A stretch of DNA of 32,000 bases from Opitutales bacterium (GTDB lineage Bacteria > Verrucomicrobiota > Verrucomicrobiia > Opitutales > UBA9783). Under the pieces are notes generated by a model. That model ran no database searches and was not told the DNA's origin. It saw nothing but the letters and a program-made list of their open reading frames with translations. The stretch is taken from assembly GCA_024407725.1 (NCBI GenBank), contig JAKSVZ010000008.1, positions 5,264 through 37,263 of the forward strand. The letters run 5' to 3'. This document shows positions 9,502 through 18,130 of the stretch, piece by piece (the first letter of the stretch is position 1; the number at the start of each line of letters is the position of its first letter). The position numbers and the translations under genes were made by a program.

Positions 9502-11949
9502 ATGAAACGATTTAAGGGCGTTCAAATCCTACTGTTGATCATAGGAATAGGCTATTTGGGTATATTAACCCATTCCTCTAATCCGATTGTCGTTACCCCT
9601 ATCGTACAACGCGGAGCCCATTTACTGGGAATTAAGCTCAAAACAGCCAAAGTTACCCTCGTTAATGGTCGATTGCACCTCACAAATCTCATTCTAAAAA
9701 CCAAAGCTGGCATCTTAACTTGTTCCAATCTGGAACTATCGTTCCAATTACCCCTAACGTTAACGTTGGCTATTCAAAACGGAACTTTCCAAAACGAACA
9801 GGGGATTTATTCCAACATTTACGCATGCGTTCAAAAGAAGTTTAAAAGTTATCGCGGATCGCTAATAGCAACTCACCCTACTTATGGGGATATTTGCTTA
9901 CACAGCGACCCCTTTATCCCTATCAACCAACTGCTTAAACAATCGACCGCAGAGGGTTTCGCTCCAGTTACGGTTCGCGATTTGTACGTTCATTGCTTCA
10001 AAACCCAAGCGTTTTATCACCTATCGCGCTTAACCCTTGGTACGGTAACCTGCGAAGAAATTTCAGGGAATACCCATTTCAGCAAACCTAAAGCAGCCTG
10101 TACCAACCTGCACATTCAATCGCTACAAACCCCCTATGGCTCTGGAACGCAGCTGCATTTTAGAGGAATCCATACCCTATCGTTGAACCCCACTACGCGC
10201 TCTATCCATGGACACGGTTGTTTAACGCTTGGCGACCAACCAACCGACGCCTATCTATACCTACCCTCCTATTCGCTCAAAAAGCCCCTGCAAATATACG
10301 CGTACCTTACCCATAACACTTCTTGGCTCAAAGGAAGCATACAGTATACGATCCCCAAACACCATTGGGCCATTAACGAAGTACGCATGTCCATCGAACC
10401 GGAGTATGGTCAGGCAATTTTAAAGGCTACCGATAAGGTTCCCATGCAGCCAAAAATCACAGGGGTAACCCATGGGGTTGTTAAAGGAATCCCAAATCAT
10501 GGCGCGCTCAATTTAGTCAGTGGCCCATTAGAGCTGAATTGCGACCGTGGCAATCCCATCGTGTTATCCACTATTCACGCTCACCTCAATCATACAACCC
10601 GAGCGAACAGCGAAACCCAACAACACTTATCCATCGCTTTTACAGGCCCACAGATTGATTTCAACGTCAATGGAACGTGTCACAATTGGAACCAACAAGG
10701 ACATATCGTGTGCCAAGGTCATAGCCCCCTTGCCGTAACAGGCCTTATCGAAGCTTACTTGCCCGCATGGTGGGGGCCATTTTTCCGCCCCTTTACCTTT
10801 CCAAAGTCCGCTCCTTACATCGATCTGGCTATCAAATGGCATCCCAATAACCCCGCGTTACAGGTCTATGGATATATCACCGGCGACGATTTTATCTACC
10901 AAGATGAATTGATTAAGCACCTAGGTATTACCTTTTCATCACGGATGGAGCAATGCATCTTAGCGATTCACTCCCTAGCGACCCATCAAGGAGCAGGAAC
11001 ATGCAAAATTATTTGGGATTACGACCCCCTATTGGATGCTAAGGATATATGGACCTTTAGTGGCCGAGGAACGCTGGGCGCAAAAACTTGGCACACGATT
11101 TTAGAGGATTTGGTGCAGATAAACACAGGGGGGATTCTTAAGGACTGCCAACCAAAAGACGTTATTCATGCACAATTTCGAGGACGAGTATCCTACGTAC
11201 CCGCCGAAACAGATTTTACGCACATAGCCATTCAATCGCCAAAGTTAACCTTCCAAGGGTTACTGATGGATGCGCTTAATGGCACGATGGATTGGCAGCC
11301 AAGCAAAACTCAAATCAAACAGCTTGAATGCCTTTTGTTCGGAACCGATCCCGTAACAGCAACCATTGGCTGGGATGAGCATCGTTTTGCCATAAAACTA
11401 AGCGGAAAACATATCCACACAGAACCTTTATTACGCCATAGTATTTTCCAAGATTGGGTCAAAGACGTTCCTGAAAACAACCGTTATACCTACTATGGCC
11501 TTTTGAACACTACTATAAGCGCACGCGGGCAATGGAATCCAGTTCCTCAATTAACCGGCGAAGGAAGCATTGATTTCCGTAATCCCAATTTGTACCGCAT
11601 CCACTTATTAGGACCGATCTATAAATTATTATTTTTCGATCCGCTTAAATCGAGCGCCACTCTTCAATTCAACCGCTTAATAGGTGATTTTTCGTTCACA
11701 GAAACAAAACTTAGTTCGAATAAACTAAGGTTCGTAGGCACTTCGTCGCAATTAATTGCCAAGGGAACAATCGATATTTACAACAAGCAGATTAATGCTA
11801 GCGCCAACCTAATGTTCCCGCCATCCAAAGAGATATTTAGCTTAAATACCCTTAAGTTTTTATTGAATCCTTTAACGCATAGTTTCACCATCAAGGTGGT
11901 AGGACCCTTTAAAAGCCCAGATTATGATCTGGAATTTCTATCTAAATAG
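9502..11949 (+). CDS. Large (815 aa) N-terminally anchored envelope protein, AsmA/TamB/DUF748-like candidate
   Basis: It has an N-terminal TM (VQILLLIIGIGYLGILT). This is followed by the AsmA-type G.KLKTAKVTLVNGRLHLTNLIL pattern. The C-terminus ...LIAKGTIDIYNKQINASANL...FTIKVVGPFKSPDYDLEF resembles AsmA_2/DUF3971-type ends. The start is 5 nt after the upstream stop. Confidence 0.4.
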   Translation: MKRFKGVQILLLIIGIGYLGILTHSSNPIVVTPIVQRGAHLLGIKLKTAKVTLVNGRLHLTNLILKTKAGILTCSNLELSFQLPLTLTLAIQNGTFQNEQGIYSNIYACVQKKFKSYRGSLIATHPTYGDICLHSDPFIPINQLLKQSTAEGFAPVTVRDLYVHCFKTQAFYHLSRLTLGTVTCEEISGNTHFSKPKAACTNLHIQSLQTPYGSGTQLHFRGIHTLSLNPTTRSIHGHGCLTLGDQPTDAYLYLPSYSLKKPLQIYAYLTHNTSWLKGSIQYTIPKHHWAINEVRMSIEPEYGQAILKATDKVPMQPKITGVTHGVVKGIPNHGALNLVSGPLELNCDRGNPIVLSTIHAHLNHTTRANSETQQHLSIAFTGPQIDFNVNGTCHNWNQQGHIVCQGHSPLAVTGLIEAYLPAWWGPFFRPFTFPKSAPYIDLAIKWHPNNPALQVYGYITGDDFIYQDELIKHLGITFSSRMEQCILAIHSLATHQGAGTCKIIWDYDPLLDAKDIWTFSGRGTLGAKTWHTILEDLVQINTGGILKDCQPKDVIHAQFRGRVSYVPAETDFTHIAIQSPKLTFQGLLMDALNGTMDWQPSKTQIKQLECLLFGTDPVTATIGWDEHRFAIKLSGKHIHTEPLLRHSIFQDWVKDVPENNRYTYYGLLNTTISARGQWNPVPQLTGEGSIDFRNPNLYRIHLLGPIYKLLFFDPLKSSATLQFNRLIGDFSFTETKLSSNKLRFVGTSSQLIAKGTIDIYNKQINASANLMFPPSKEIFSLNTLKFLLNPLTHSFTIKVVGPFKSPDYDLEFLSK

Positions 11950-12040
11950 CTGCAAGCATTTAGAGTCTTCCCTTTGATCAACAAAAGTTTTATTTCCTCT
12001 TTACATCCACAAAAAACTGTTTTAAGTTAATGAGAAAATT

Positions 12041-12235
12041 ATGTTAAAAACCAAAAAATCGATCGCTAAAAAATTTAAAGTTACTGGGACCGGTAAGGTT
12101 TTATTACGTAAGCCTGGGTTTCGGCATTTCTTGAGCCACAAAACACCTTCTCGGTCGCGCAGAGCCAGCAAAGATATTCAGTTGGGCAATGCACGGCAAG
12201 CTAACGTGGTAAGAAAAGCCATGGCTCTGTTATAA
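12041..12235 (+). CDS. rpmI: 50S ribosomal protein L35
   Basis: 64 aa and very basic, with the KTKKSIAKKFKVTGTGKVLLRKPG..H pattern typical of bL35. It lies directly upstream of rplT. Confidence 0.9.
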   Translation: MLKTKKSIAKKFKVTGTGKVLLRKPGFRHFLSHKTPSRSRRASKDIQLGNARQANVVRKAMALL

Positions 12236-12307
12236 AAAATTTTTTTAAAACAATTCGACATAGGGTGTTTACGACGACCTTATGTTGGTTAAAACAAGAG
12301 GAATGAT

Positions 12308-12688
12308 ATGGTAAGAGTTACAAATGGGGTTGCAACAAAGCAACGTCGTAAGCGGATGTTAAAACAAGCACGCGGTTACTTCGGTAACAAGTCGCGTCTA
12401 TTTAGATATGCCAACGATGCAGTATGGCGCGCTGGAAATTTTGCATTCCGCGATCGTAGAAAGAAAAAATCAGAATTCCGCCAATTATGGATAGTCCGTA
12501 TTAATGCGGCCTGTCGTTCATTGGGTGTTTCCTACAGCCGGTTTATCAACGGATTAAAAGCCCTCAACATTAATCTCGATCGTAAGCAATTAAGCGAATT
12601 TGCGATCCGCAATGAAGCAGGCTTTAAGACGTTAGTGGAACAAGTAAAGTCGCAATTAAAGACGGCTGCATCAAAATCATCTAAGTAA
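12308..12688 (+). CDS. rplT: 50S ribosomal protein L20
   Basis: MVRVTNGVATKQRRKRMLKQARGYFG... and ...LWIVRINAACR..G.SYS.FINGLK are canonical bL20 motifs. GAGGA lies upstream of the ATG. Confidence 0.95.
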   Translation: MVRVTNGVATKQRRKRMLKQARGYFGNKSRLFRYANDAVWRAGNFAFRDRRKKKSEFRQLWIVRINAACRSLGVSYSRFINGLKALNINLDRKQLSEFAIRNEAGFKTLVEQVKSQLKTAASKSSK

Positions 12689-12714
12689 CGCCGTGCAATT
12701 GAAGCTTCTCTAAC

Positions 12715-13752
12715 ATGGATGTAGATTCATTAGAGCAGTTAAAAACGGAATCACTACAGCGCATTCAACAATGCGCTGATCTAACGGAGCTTCAGTCTGT
12801 AAAAACGCAGTTTTTGGGTCCCAAAAGCACCTTAATTGAGCAAGTAAAAGCACTCAAATCACTAACAGGGCCTGAAAAAACTGAACGCGGAAAGCAACTC
12901 AACGCGATTAAAAATGCGCTGGAGGATGCGCTTGCAGAGAAAACGCATGCGCTTCACAAGCAGGAGCGGTTAAAGCGACTCGGTACGCCGGTAGATCCGA
13001 CCCTACCATCGCCTTATCCTACTACAAAACCGCTTCATCCCCTCACTCAGATTCGACTTCATATCCTATCCATTTTTAAACGCCTAGGTTATGCCGTTCA
13101 GGAGGGGAATGAAATTGAAACCGAATGGTACTGCTTCGATGCATTAAATGCTGCGCCGGATCATCCATCTCGTTCGGAACAGGATACTTTTTTCCTCAAT
13201 AATTTTTGTTGTGATACAACCTCAAAGAAGGAAAATGAGCCCTTTTTGTTGCGTACACAAACCTCAACGGTTCAAATCCGAACGCTGTTAAAGCACCAAC
13301 CGCCTTTGAAAATTATTTCGCCCGGTCGTGTGTTTCGCCGAGATACCGATGATGCCAAGCATCGCTTTAACTTTCATCAAATCGAAGGACTTTGTCTCGA
13401 CAAAACAACCTCGGTCGCTGATTTAAAAGGAACGCTCGATTACTTCATCAAAGAATTTTTCGGCACGAACTTTAAAACGCGCTTACGTCCCAGTTTTTTC
13501 CCATTTACCGAACCAGGATTTGAAGTAGATATTTTTGCAGAAAATTTAGGAAAACTCCACAACACGTGGATTGAGGTATTGGGATGCGGAATGGTACATC
13601 CTAACGTATTAAAAAATTGCGGGTTATCAGACGACGAATGGCAAGGGTTTGCGTTCGGAATCGGCATCGAACGCTTAGCCATGTTACGCTTAGGCATTGA
13701 TGATATCCGTGCGTTGTATCAAAATGATGAACGCTTTTTATCGCAGTTTTAA
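12715..13752 (+). CDS. pheS: Phenylalanyl-tRNA synthetase alpha subunit
   Basis: N-terminal coiled-coil arm, class II motif 2 (FRRDTDDAKHRFNFHQIEG) and motif 3 (GFAFGIGIERLAML). Length is 345 aa. Confidence 0.95.
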   Translation: MDVDSLEQLKTESLQRIQQCADLTELQSVKTQFLGPKSTLIEQVKALKSLTGPEKTERGKQLNAIKNALEDALAEKTHALHKQERLKRLGTPVDPTLPSPYPTTKPLHPLTQIRLHILSIFKRLGYAVQEGNEIETEWYCFDALNAAPDHPSRSEQDTFFLNNFCCDTTSKKENEPFLLRTQTSTVQIRTLLKHQPPLKIISPGRVFRRDTDDAKHRFNFHQIEGLCLDKTTSVADLKGTLDYFIKEFFGTNFKTRLRPSFFPFTEPGFEVDIFAENLGKLHNTWIEVLGCGMVHPNVLKNCGLSDDEWQGFAFGIGIERLAMLRLGIDDIRALYQNDERFLSQF

Positions 13753-13851
13753 GGCTGATAAAAGCCCATTGTTTCCATCCTACAATAATCTTAAAAATTT
13801 TGCTGTGATTTTGGGCAGTTTTTGCATTTTATTTAATAAGGGCGTAGGTTT

Positions 13852-14859
13852 ATGAAAATTTTAGTTACAGGTGGTTCTGGTTTTTTAGGACGTTATCTGG
13901 TGGAAGCCTTATTAAAAGCTGGCTATACCTCCATTCGTATTTTTAACCGATCCGGTTGTTCCTGTTTTCAAACGCCCACTGTTGAAGTCGTACGTGGCGA
14001 TTTAGCAGATTACGCAGCCGTCAATAACGCTTGTGCAGGGTGTGACGCCGTATTTCATGTAGCAGCAAAAGCAGGAGTTTGGGGATCCTATCGTTCTTAT
14101 TACCGCCCTAATGTCATCGGTACCGAAAACGTTATCAAAGCCTGTAAGGCCAATGGGGTTAAATATTTAATCTATACCAGTTCCCCCAGCGTCGTTTGCA
14201 AAGGACAAGATTTAACCAATGCTGATGAACGAACCGGCTATGGAACCCGCGCGCACATGGGACATTACGCCTATACAAAAATGCTGGCGGAACAAAAGGT
14301 ATTGGCTGCCAATGGCGATGAACTAACAACCATTGCCTTACGTCCTCATTTAATCTTTGGCCCTGGAGACAATCACTTAATTCCCACCCTCTTACAAGTA
14401 GCTAAAAAGCACAAATTACGTCAAGTGGGTGATGGCAATAATTGGGTTGATTTATCCTATGTCAGCGATGTAGCGCACGCTCATGTTTTAGCCCTACAAG
14501 CGTTACAAACAAATTCTTACTGTGTTTCAGGCAAAGCTTACTTTATTTCATCCGGCGACCCTGTAAAACTATGGTCATGGATCCAACAATTGTTGCAACG
14601 GCTCCAATTGCCTGCAGTACGTACCCCAGCTTTATCACCAAAGATGGCGTATGTCTTAGGGGCTTGTTTGGAAATTATCTATAAAGTGCTATGGATAAAA
14701 GCAACACCGCCTATGACGCGCTTTGTAGCCAAAGAGCTTTCGCAAAATCATTATTTTGATATATCGGCAGCCAAAATGGATCTCCATTACATCCCTCAAG
14801 TATCCATTGATGAAGGAACCGACCGCCTCATTGAGTGGCTTAAAACGCGGTGTAAATAA
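13852..14859 (+). CDS. 3-beta-hydroxysteroid dehydrogenase/NSDHL-family NAD(P)-dependent SDR
   Basis: Rossmann VTGGSGFLG, catalytic YAYTK (YxxxK), and RPHLIFGPGDNHLIPTLL...VGDGNNWVDLSYVSDVAHAHVLA. A C-terminal hydrophobic segment plus ...HYFDISAAKMDLHYIP follows the NSDHL/3-beta-HSD layout closely. Confidence 0.75.
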   Translation: MKILVTGGSGFLGRYLVEALLKAGYTSIRIFNRSGCSCFQTPTVEVVRGDLADYAAVNNACAGCDAVFHVAAKAGVWGSYRSYYRPNVIGTENVIKACKANGVKYLIYTSSPSVVCKGQDLTNADERTGYGTRAHMGHYAYTKMLAEQKVLAANGDELTTIALRPHLIFGPGDNHLIPTLLQVAKKHKLRQVGDGNNWVDLSYVSDVAHAHVLALQALQTNSYCVSGKAYFISSGDPVKLWSWIQQLLQRLQLPAVRTPALSPKMAYVLGACLEIIYKVLWIKATPPMTRFVAKELSQNHYFDISAAKMDLHYIPQVSIDEGTDRLIEWLKTRCK

Positions 14860-15008
14860 CGCGTTAACGCTCGTTAAAACTTAACGTCAAAATAGGTTGG
14901 CCCCTGTTTCGGGAGTCCTAAAGAGGGGGATATTTCGCTAATCAATCTGATGCGATGACCGACTAATCCCAAGTTTTTTTGCACATCCTTTGCTGTATTC
15001 ATAAACTA

Positions 15009-15488
15009 TCAATCGACTTCTTTGCTTGTATCTGCAACTGTTTCAATGGCCACAATCCACTTATCTACGATTTCGACAAAATTGGATAATTCATCCTCAA
15101 AGGAGTTAAAATTATGCAAAGGCAGCGTATAGGTTTTAACCAACATCAACGATTGCGATTGTTTATCCAATCCCAAGGTAGCTCCCCCTGTTCCGTTCCA
15201 GAAAAAATTATCCTCTAGAGCCTGAGTATAAATTGCCTCGCGATTAGCCAAGGGGACTTCGCCAATATAAGCGTAAATAACCAATGTTTCCTTTTTGTCA
15301 TCAAAATCTAAATTGAGGATAATTTTATCATCCAACAACAGCATGCAATGATTGTTATCATCTAGGCACAAGTCAGGTAGCCCCTGCCCACCACCAATGT
15401 GGCTTAACAAGGCATTTACGTTGTCTTTAACTTCCTGCGATGCGGTATTAGAATGCTGTTGACTCTTCTTTTTTGAACAACCACTCAT
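15009..15488 (-). CDS. Class I type III secretion chaperone (CesT/Tir-chaperone family, Slc1-like)
   Basis: 159 aa and acidic. The family pattern is LPDLCLDDNNHCMLLLDDKIILNLDFDDKKETLVIYAYIGEVP...LLEDNFFWNGTGGATLGLDKQSQSLMLVKTYTL...F.EIVDKW. Confidence 0.65.
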   Translation of the reverse strand: MSGCSKKKSQQHSNTASQEVKDNVNALLSHIGGGQGLPDLCLDDNNHCMLLLDDKIILNLDFDDKKETLVIYAYIGEVPLANREAIYTQALEDNFFWNGTGGATLGLDKQSQSLMLVKTYTLPLHNFNSFEDELSNFVEIVDKWIVAIETVADTSKEVD

Positions 15489-15618
15489 TTTTTTAGTATA
15501 AATTTTATCACTTGATAAATCAATCGGAAAAACGCCCCTATTGCTTAACCTATTAAGTCAATCATCGATACAAAAAAGCTTTGATTATCTAAAAAAGGCG
15601 TACTATGATGCAAAGGAT

Positions 15619-17409
15619 ATGGTACGAGAGTTAAATAAACGCACTCATCATTGTGGTGCTTTAAGGAAAAGCGACCAAGGGCAATCCGTCCTATTAATCG
15701 GTTGGATACAGCATATCCGAGACCATGGAGGACTTTGTTTTATTGACTTACGGGATCGCGAAGGAATCACTCAGCTCGTCCTTAACCCCCAACAATTATC
15801 GTCGGTGATCGATCAATTAAAGCCAGAGTCGGTGATTGAAGCGCATGGAACAGTAGCCTTACGCCCTCAAGACACCGTAAATGAAAACTTACCTACCGGT
15901 GAAATTGAAGTAAACGTAAGCGAGGTTATCATACACAATATTTGCCAAACTTTGCCCTTCCCATTGGATGAAAAAGCACAAAATGTTAGCGAAGATACAC
16001 GCTTAACTTACCGTTATTTGGATTTACGGAGAAGCGTGAACCAAAAACGTTTACGGTTGCGGCATCGTGCATCGCATGTAATCCGTAACTATCTTGACCA
16101 AAACGGCTTTTTGGAAGTAGAGCTTCCGGTATTATTTAAAAGCACGCCCGAAGGAGCACGTGAGTTTTTAGTCCCGAGCCGCCTAAATCTCGGTCAATGC
16201 TATGCCTTAACGCAATCGCCTCAGCAGTATAAGCAAATGCTGATGGTTGCTGGCATTGAGCGTTATTTCTCATTTGCAAAATGTTTCCGCGATGAGGATT
16301 TACGGGCTGATCGGCAACCAGAATTTACGCAAATCGACCTAGAGGCTTCGTTCATCGACCGCGAAGACATGTATCCTTTGATGGAAGGGTTGATTCATTC
16401 GTTATGGAAAAACTGCTTGGATGTAGATATTCCAATCCCCTTTCCACGGCTATCGTTCCAAGAAGTCATGAATCGTTACGGTTCTGACAAGCCTGATCGT
16501 CGATTTGGCCTGGAAATTCAAGATGTCAGCGAGCTATTTAAAAACTCGAATTTCAACGTATTTGCCAAAACAGTTCAAAATGGCGGCGTAATTAAAGCCT
16601 TAAAGGTAGAAAATTTCGCTGATATGACAGCTGGCGAACTGAAAGAGTTGGAAGAAAGCGCAAAGCAGATGGGTGCGAAAGGGTTAGCTTTTATCAAAGT
16701 TACCCAGCAAGAATGGAAATCCCCCATTGTTAAGTTCTTATCTGACGACGAAAAACAAGGGTTAACCCAAACGCTCCAGTTGCACGATAACGACTGTGTG
16801 TTCTTTATGGCGGACAAATGGGAACAAGCCTGCACCGTATTGGGAAAAATTCGCTTAGAAATCAGTAAAATCCTAGTAAAACGCGGTAGTTTATCGATTT
16901 CAGATACGGATTACCAATTCCTATGGGTCGTAGATTTCCCGCTATTAACTTATGATCCCGAACAAGCAAAGTTTGTAGCTACGCACCATCCATTTACGGC
17001 GCCGGTTAAAGAGGATATTCCTTTGTTGAAAACCGACCCGTATAAAGTCCGCGGTCAGCATTATGATTTGGTTCTGAATGGAATTGAGTTGGGCGGCGGC
17101 AGTATTCGTATCCACAATCCAGAACTGCAGCGCTTTATCTTTGAGGAAATCATTAAGATTCCGGCCGATAAAGTACAGGATCGCTTTGGCTATATGTTAA
17201 GAGCCTTTTCGTTTGGAGCGCCTCCACACGGCGGTATTGCTCTTGGATTTGACCGTTTAGTAGCGTTGATGTCTGGAACGCATAGCATTCGTGATGTTAT
17301 TGCCTTCCCCAAGACCCAAAAGGGACAAGACCTTATGTCGAGCAGCCCCAGTACGGTTGACGCACAACAATTACGCACCTTAGGATTAAAAGCATTGCCC
17401 ACAACTTAA
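15619..17409 (+). CDS. aspS: Aspartyl-tRNA synthetase (bacterial type with GAD insertion)
   Basis: ATG at 15619 gives MVRELNKRTHHCGALR...GWIQHIRDHGGLCFIDLRDREGITQ, collinear with the bacterial AspRS N-terminus. It has class II motifs FRDEDLRADRQPEFTQID and GGIALGFDRLVALM. The ORF-track TTG at 15541 adds 26 non-homologous aa. Confidence 0.95.
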   Translation: MVRELNKRTHHCGALRKSDQGQSVLLIGWIQHIRDHGGLCFIDLRDREGITQLVLNPQQLSSVIDQLKPESVIEAHGTVALRPQDTVNENLPTGEIEVNVSEVIIHNICQTLPFPLDEKAQNVSEDTRLTYRYLDLRRSVNQKRLRLRHRASHVIRNYLDQNGFLEVELPVLFKSTPEGAREFLVPSRLNLGQCYALTQSPQQYKQMLMVAGIERYFSFAKCFRDEDLRADRQPEFTQIDLEASFIDREDMYPLMEGLIHSLWKNCLDVDIPIPFPRLSFQEVMNRYGSDKPDRRFGLEIQDVSELFKNSNFNVFAKTVQNGGVIKALKVENFADMTAGELKELEESAKQMGAKGLAFIKVTQQEWKSPIVKFLSDDEKQGLTQTLQLHDNDCVFFMADKWEQACTVLGKIRLEISKILVKRGSLSISDTDYQFLWVVDFPLLTYDPEQAKFVATHHPFTAPVKEDIPLLKTDPYKVRGQHYDLVLNGIELGGGSIRIHNPELQRFIFEEIIKIPADKVQDRFGYMLRAFSFGAPPHGGIALGFDRLVALMSGTHSIRDVIAFPKTQKGQDLMSSSPSTVDAQQLRTLGLKALPTT

Positions 17410-17422
17410 CGCATTACGTTTC

Positions 17423-18130
17423 ATGGAATCACAACCGTCCACCGTTCCCAATCCTCCACTGCAACATATTGCATTTATTCTGGATGGGAATGGTCGTTGG
17501 GCCAAGCAACGCAATTTGATACGAACCGAAGGGCACAAAGCCGGTGCTAAGCGCGTTCAGGAAATTGTTGAGTATGCATTTCAGCACCACAACATTCCCT
17601 ATATTACGCTCTATGCGTTTTCGACCGAAAACTGGTCGCGTTCTAAATTGGAAGTGCGTGCCATCTTCCAAATTATGAAGCATTTTTTAAAAGAACGACG
17701 CCCCGAATTAATCAAAAATAAAATCAGGCTAAAGACCATAGGGGATATTACGCGTCTGCCCAACCCGCTGCAAAAATTGCTCAACGAGGTTATGGAGGAA
17801 ACTGCAGGATTTACGCGCCATACGCTGTGCATCGCGCTTAATTATGGAGCACGCGAAGAAATTATGCATGCCATCCGTTCGTTACCCAAAGGGAAAAGCG
17901 TAAACGAATGGAAGGATATAGAACCGTATTTGTACACAGCGGGCATTCCTGATCCGGATTTAATCGTACGCACTTCCGGCGAACAACGGTTGAGCAATTT
18001 CCTGCTGTTGCAAGCAGCCTACAGCGAATTTTATTTTACGCCTACTTACTGGCCAGATTTTGATGAAAAAGCACTGGATAAGGCACTGGATGAGTACGCA
18101 CACCGTACCCGTCGTTTTGGAGGTTCATGA
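17423..18130 (+). CDS. uppS: Undecaprenyl-diphosphate synthase
   Basis: HIAFILDGNGRWA, YAFSTENWSR and IRTSGEQRLSNFLLLQAAYSEFYF are canonical cis-prenyltransferase motifs. Confidence 0.95.
   Translation: MESQPSTVPNPPLQHIAFILDGNGRWAKQRNLIRTEGHKAGAKRVQEIVEYAFQHHNIPYITLYAFSTENWSRSKLEVRAIFQIMKHFLKERRPELIKNKIRLKTIGDITRLPNPLQKLLNEVMEETAGFTRHTLCIALNYGAREEIMHAIRSLPKGKSVNEWKDIEPYLYTAGIPDPDLIVRTSGEQRLSNFLLLQAAYSEFYFTPTYWPDFDEKALDKALDEYAHRTRRFGGS

Noticed and set aside
14861-14870. The perfect palindrome GCGTTAACGC and nearby CGTTAA/TTAACG repeats lie right after the SDR gene stop. I considered a terminator for the convergent gene pair.
   Set aside because: A 10-nt palindrome with no loop cannot form a stable hairpin. 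The alternative 6-bp stem has a 13-nt loop and no U-tract. Dozens of such palindromes are expected by chance.
15583-15609. A TTGATT-17 nt-TATGAT sigma-70-like promoter upstream of aspS.
   Set aside because: The -10 element ends only 9 nt before the aspS ATG (15619). That would imply an essentially leaderless transcript lacking the AAGGA just upstream. This is not impossible, but it is too speculative to list as a feature.
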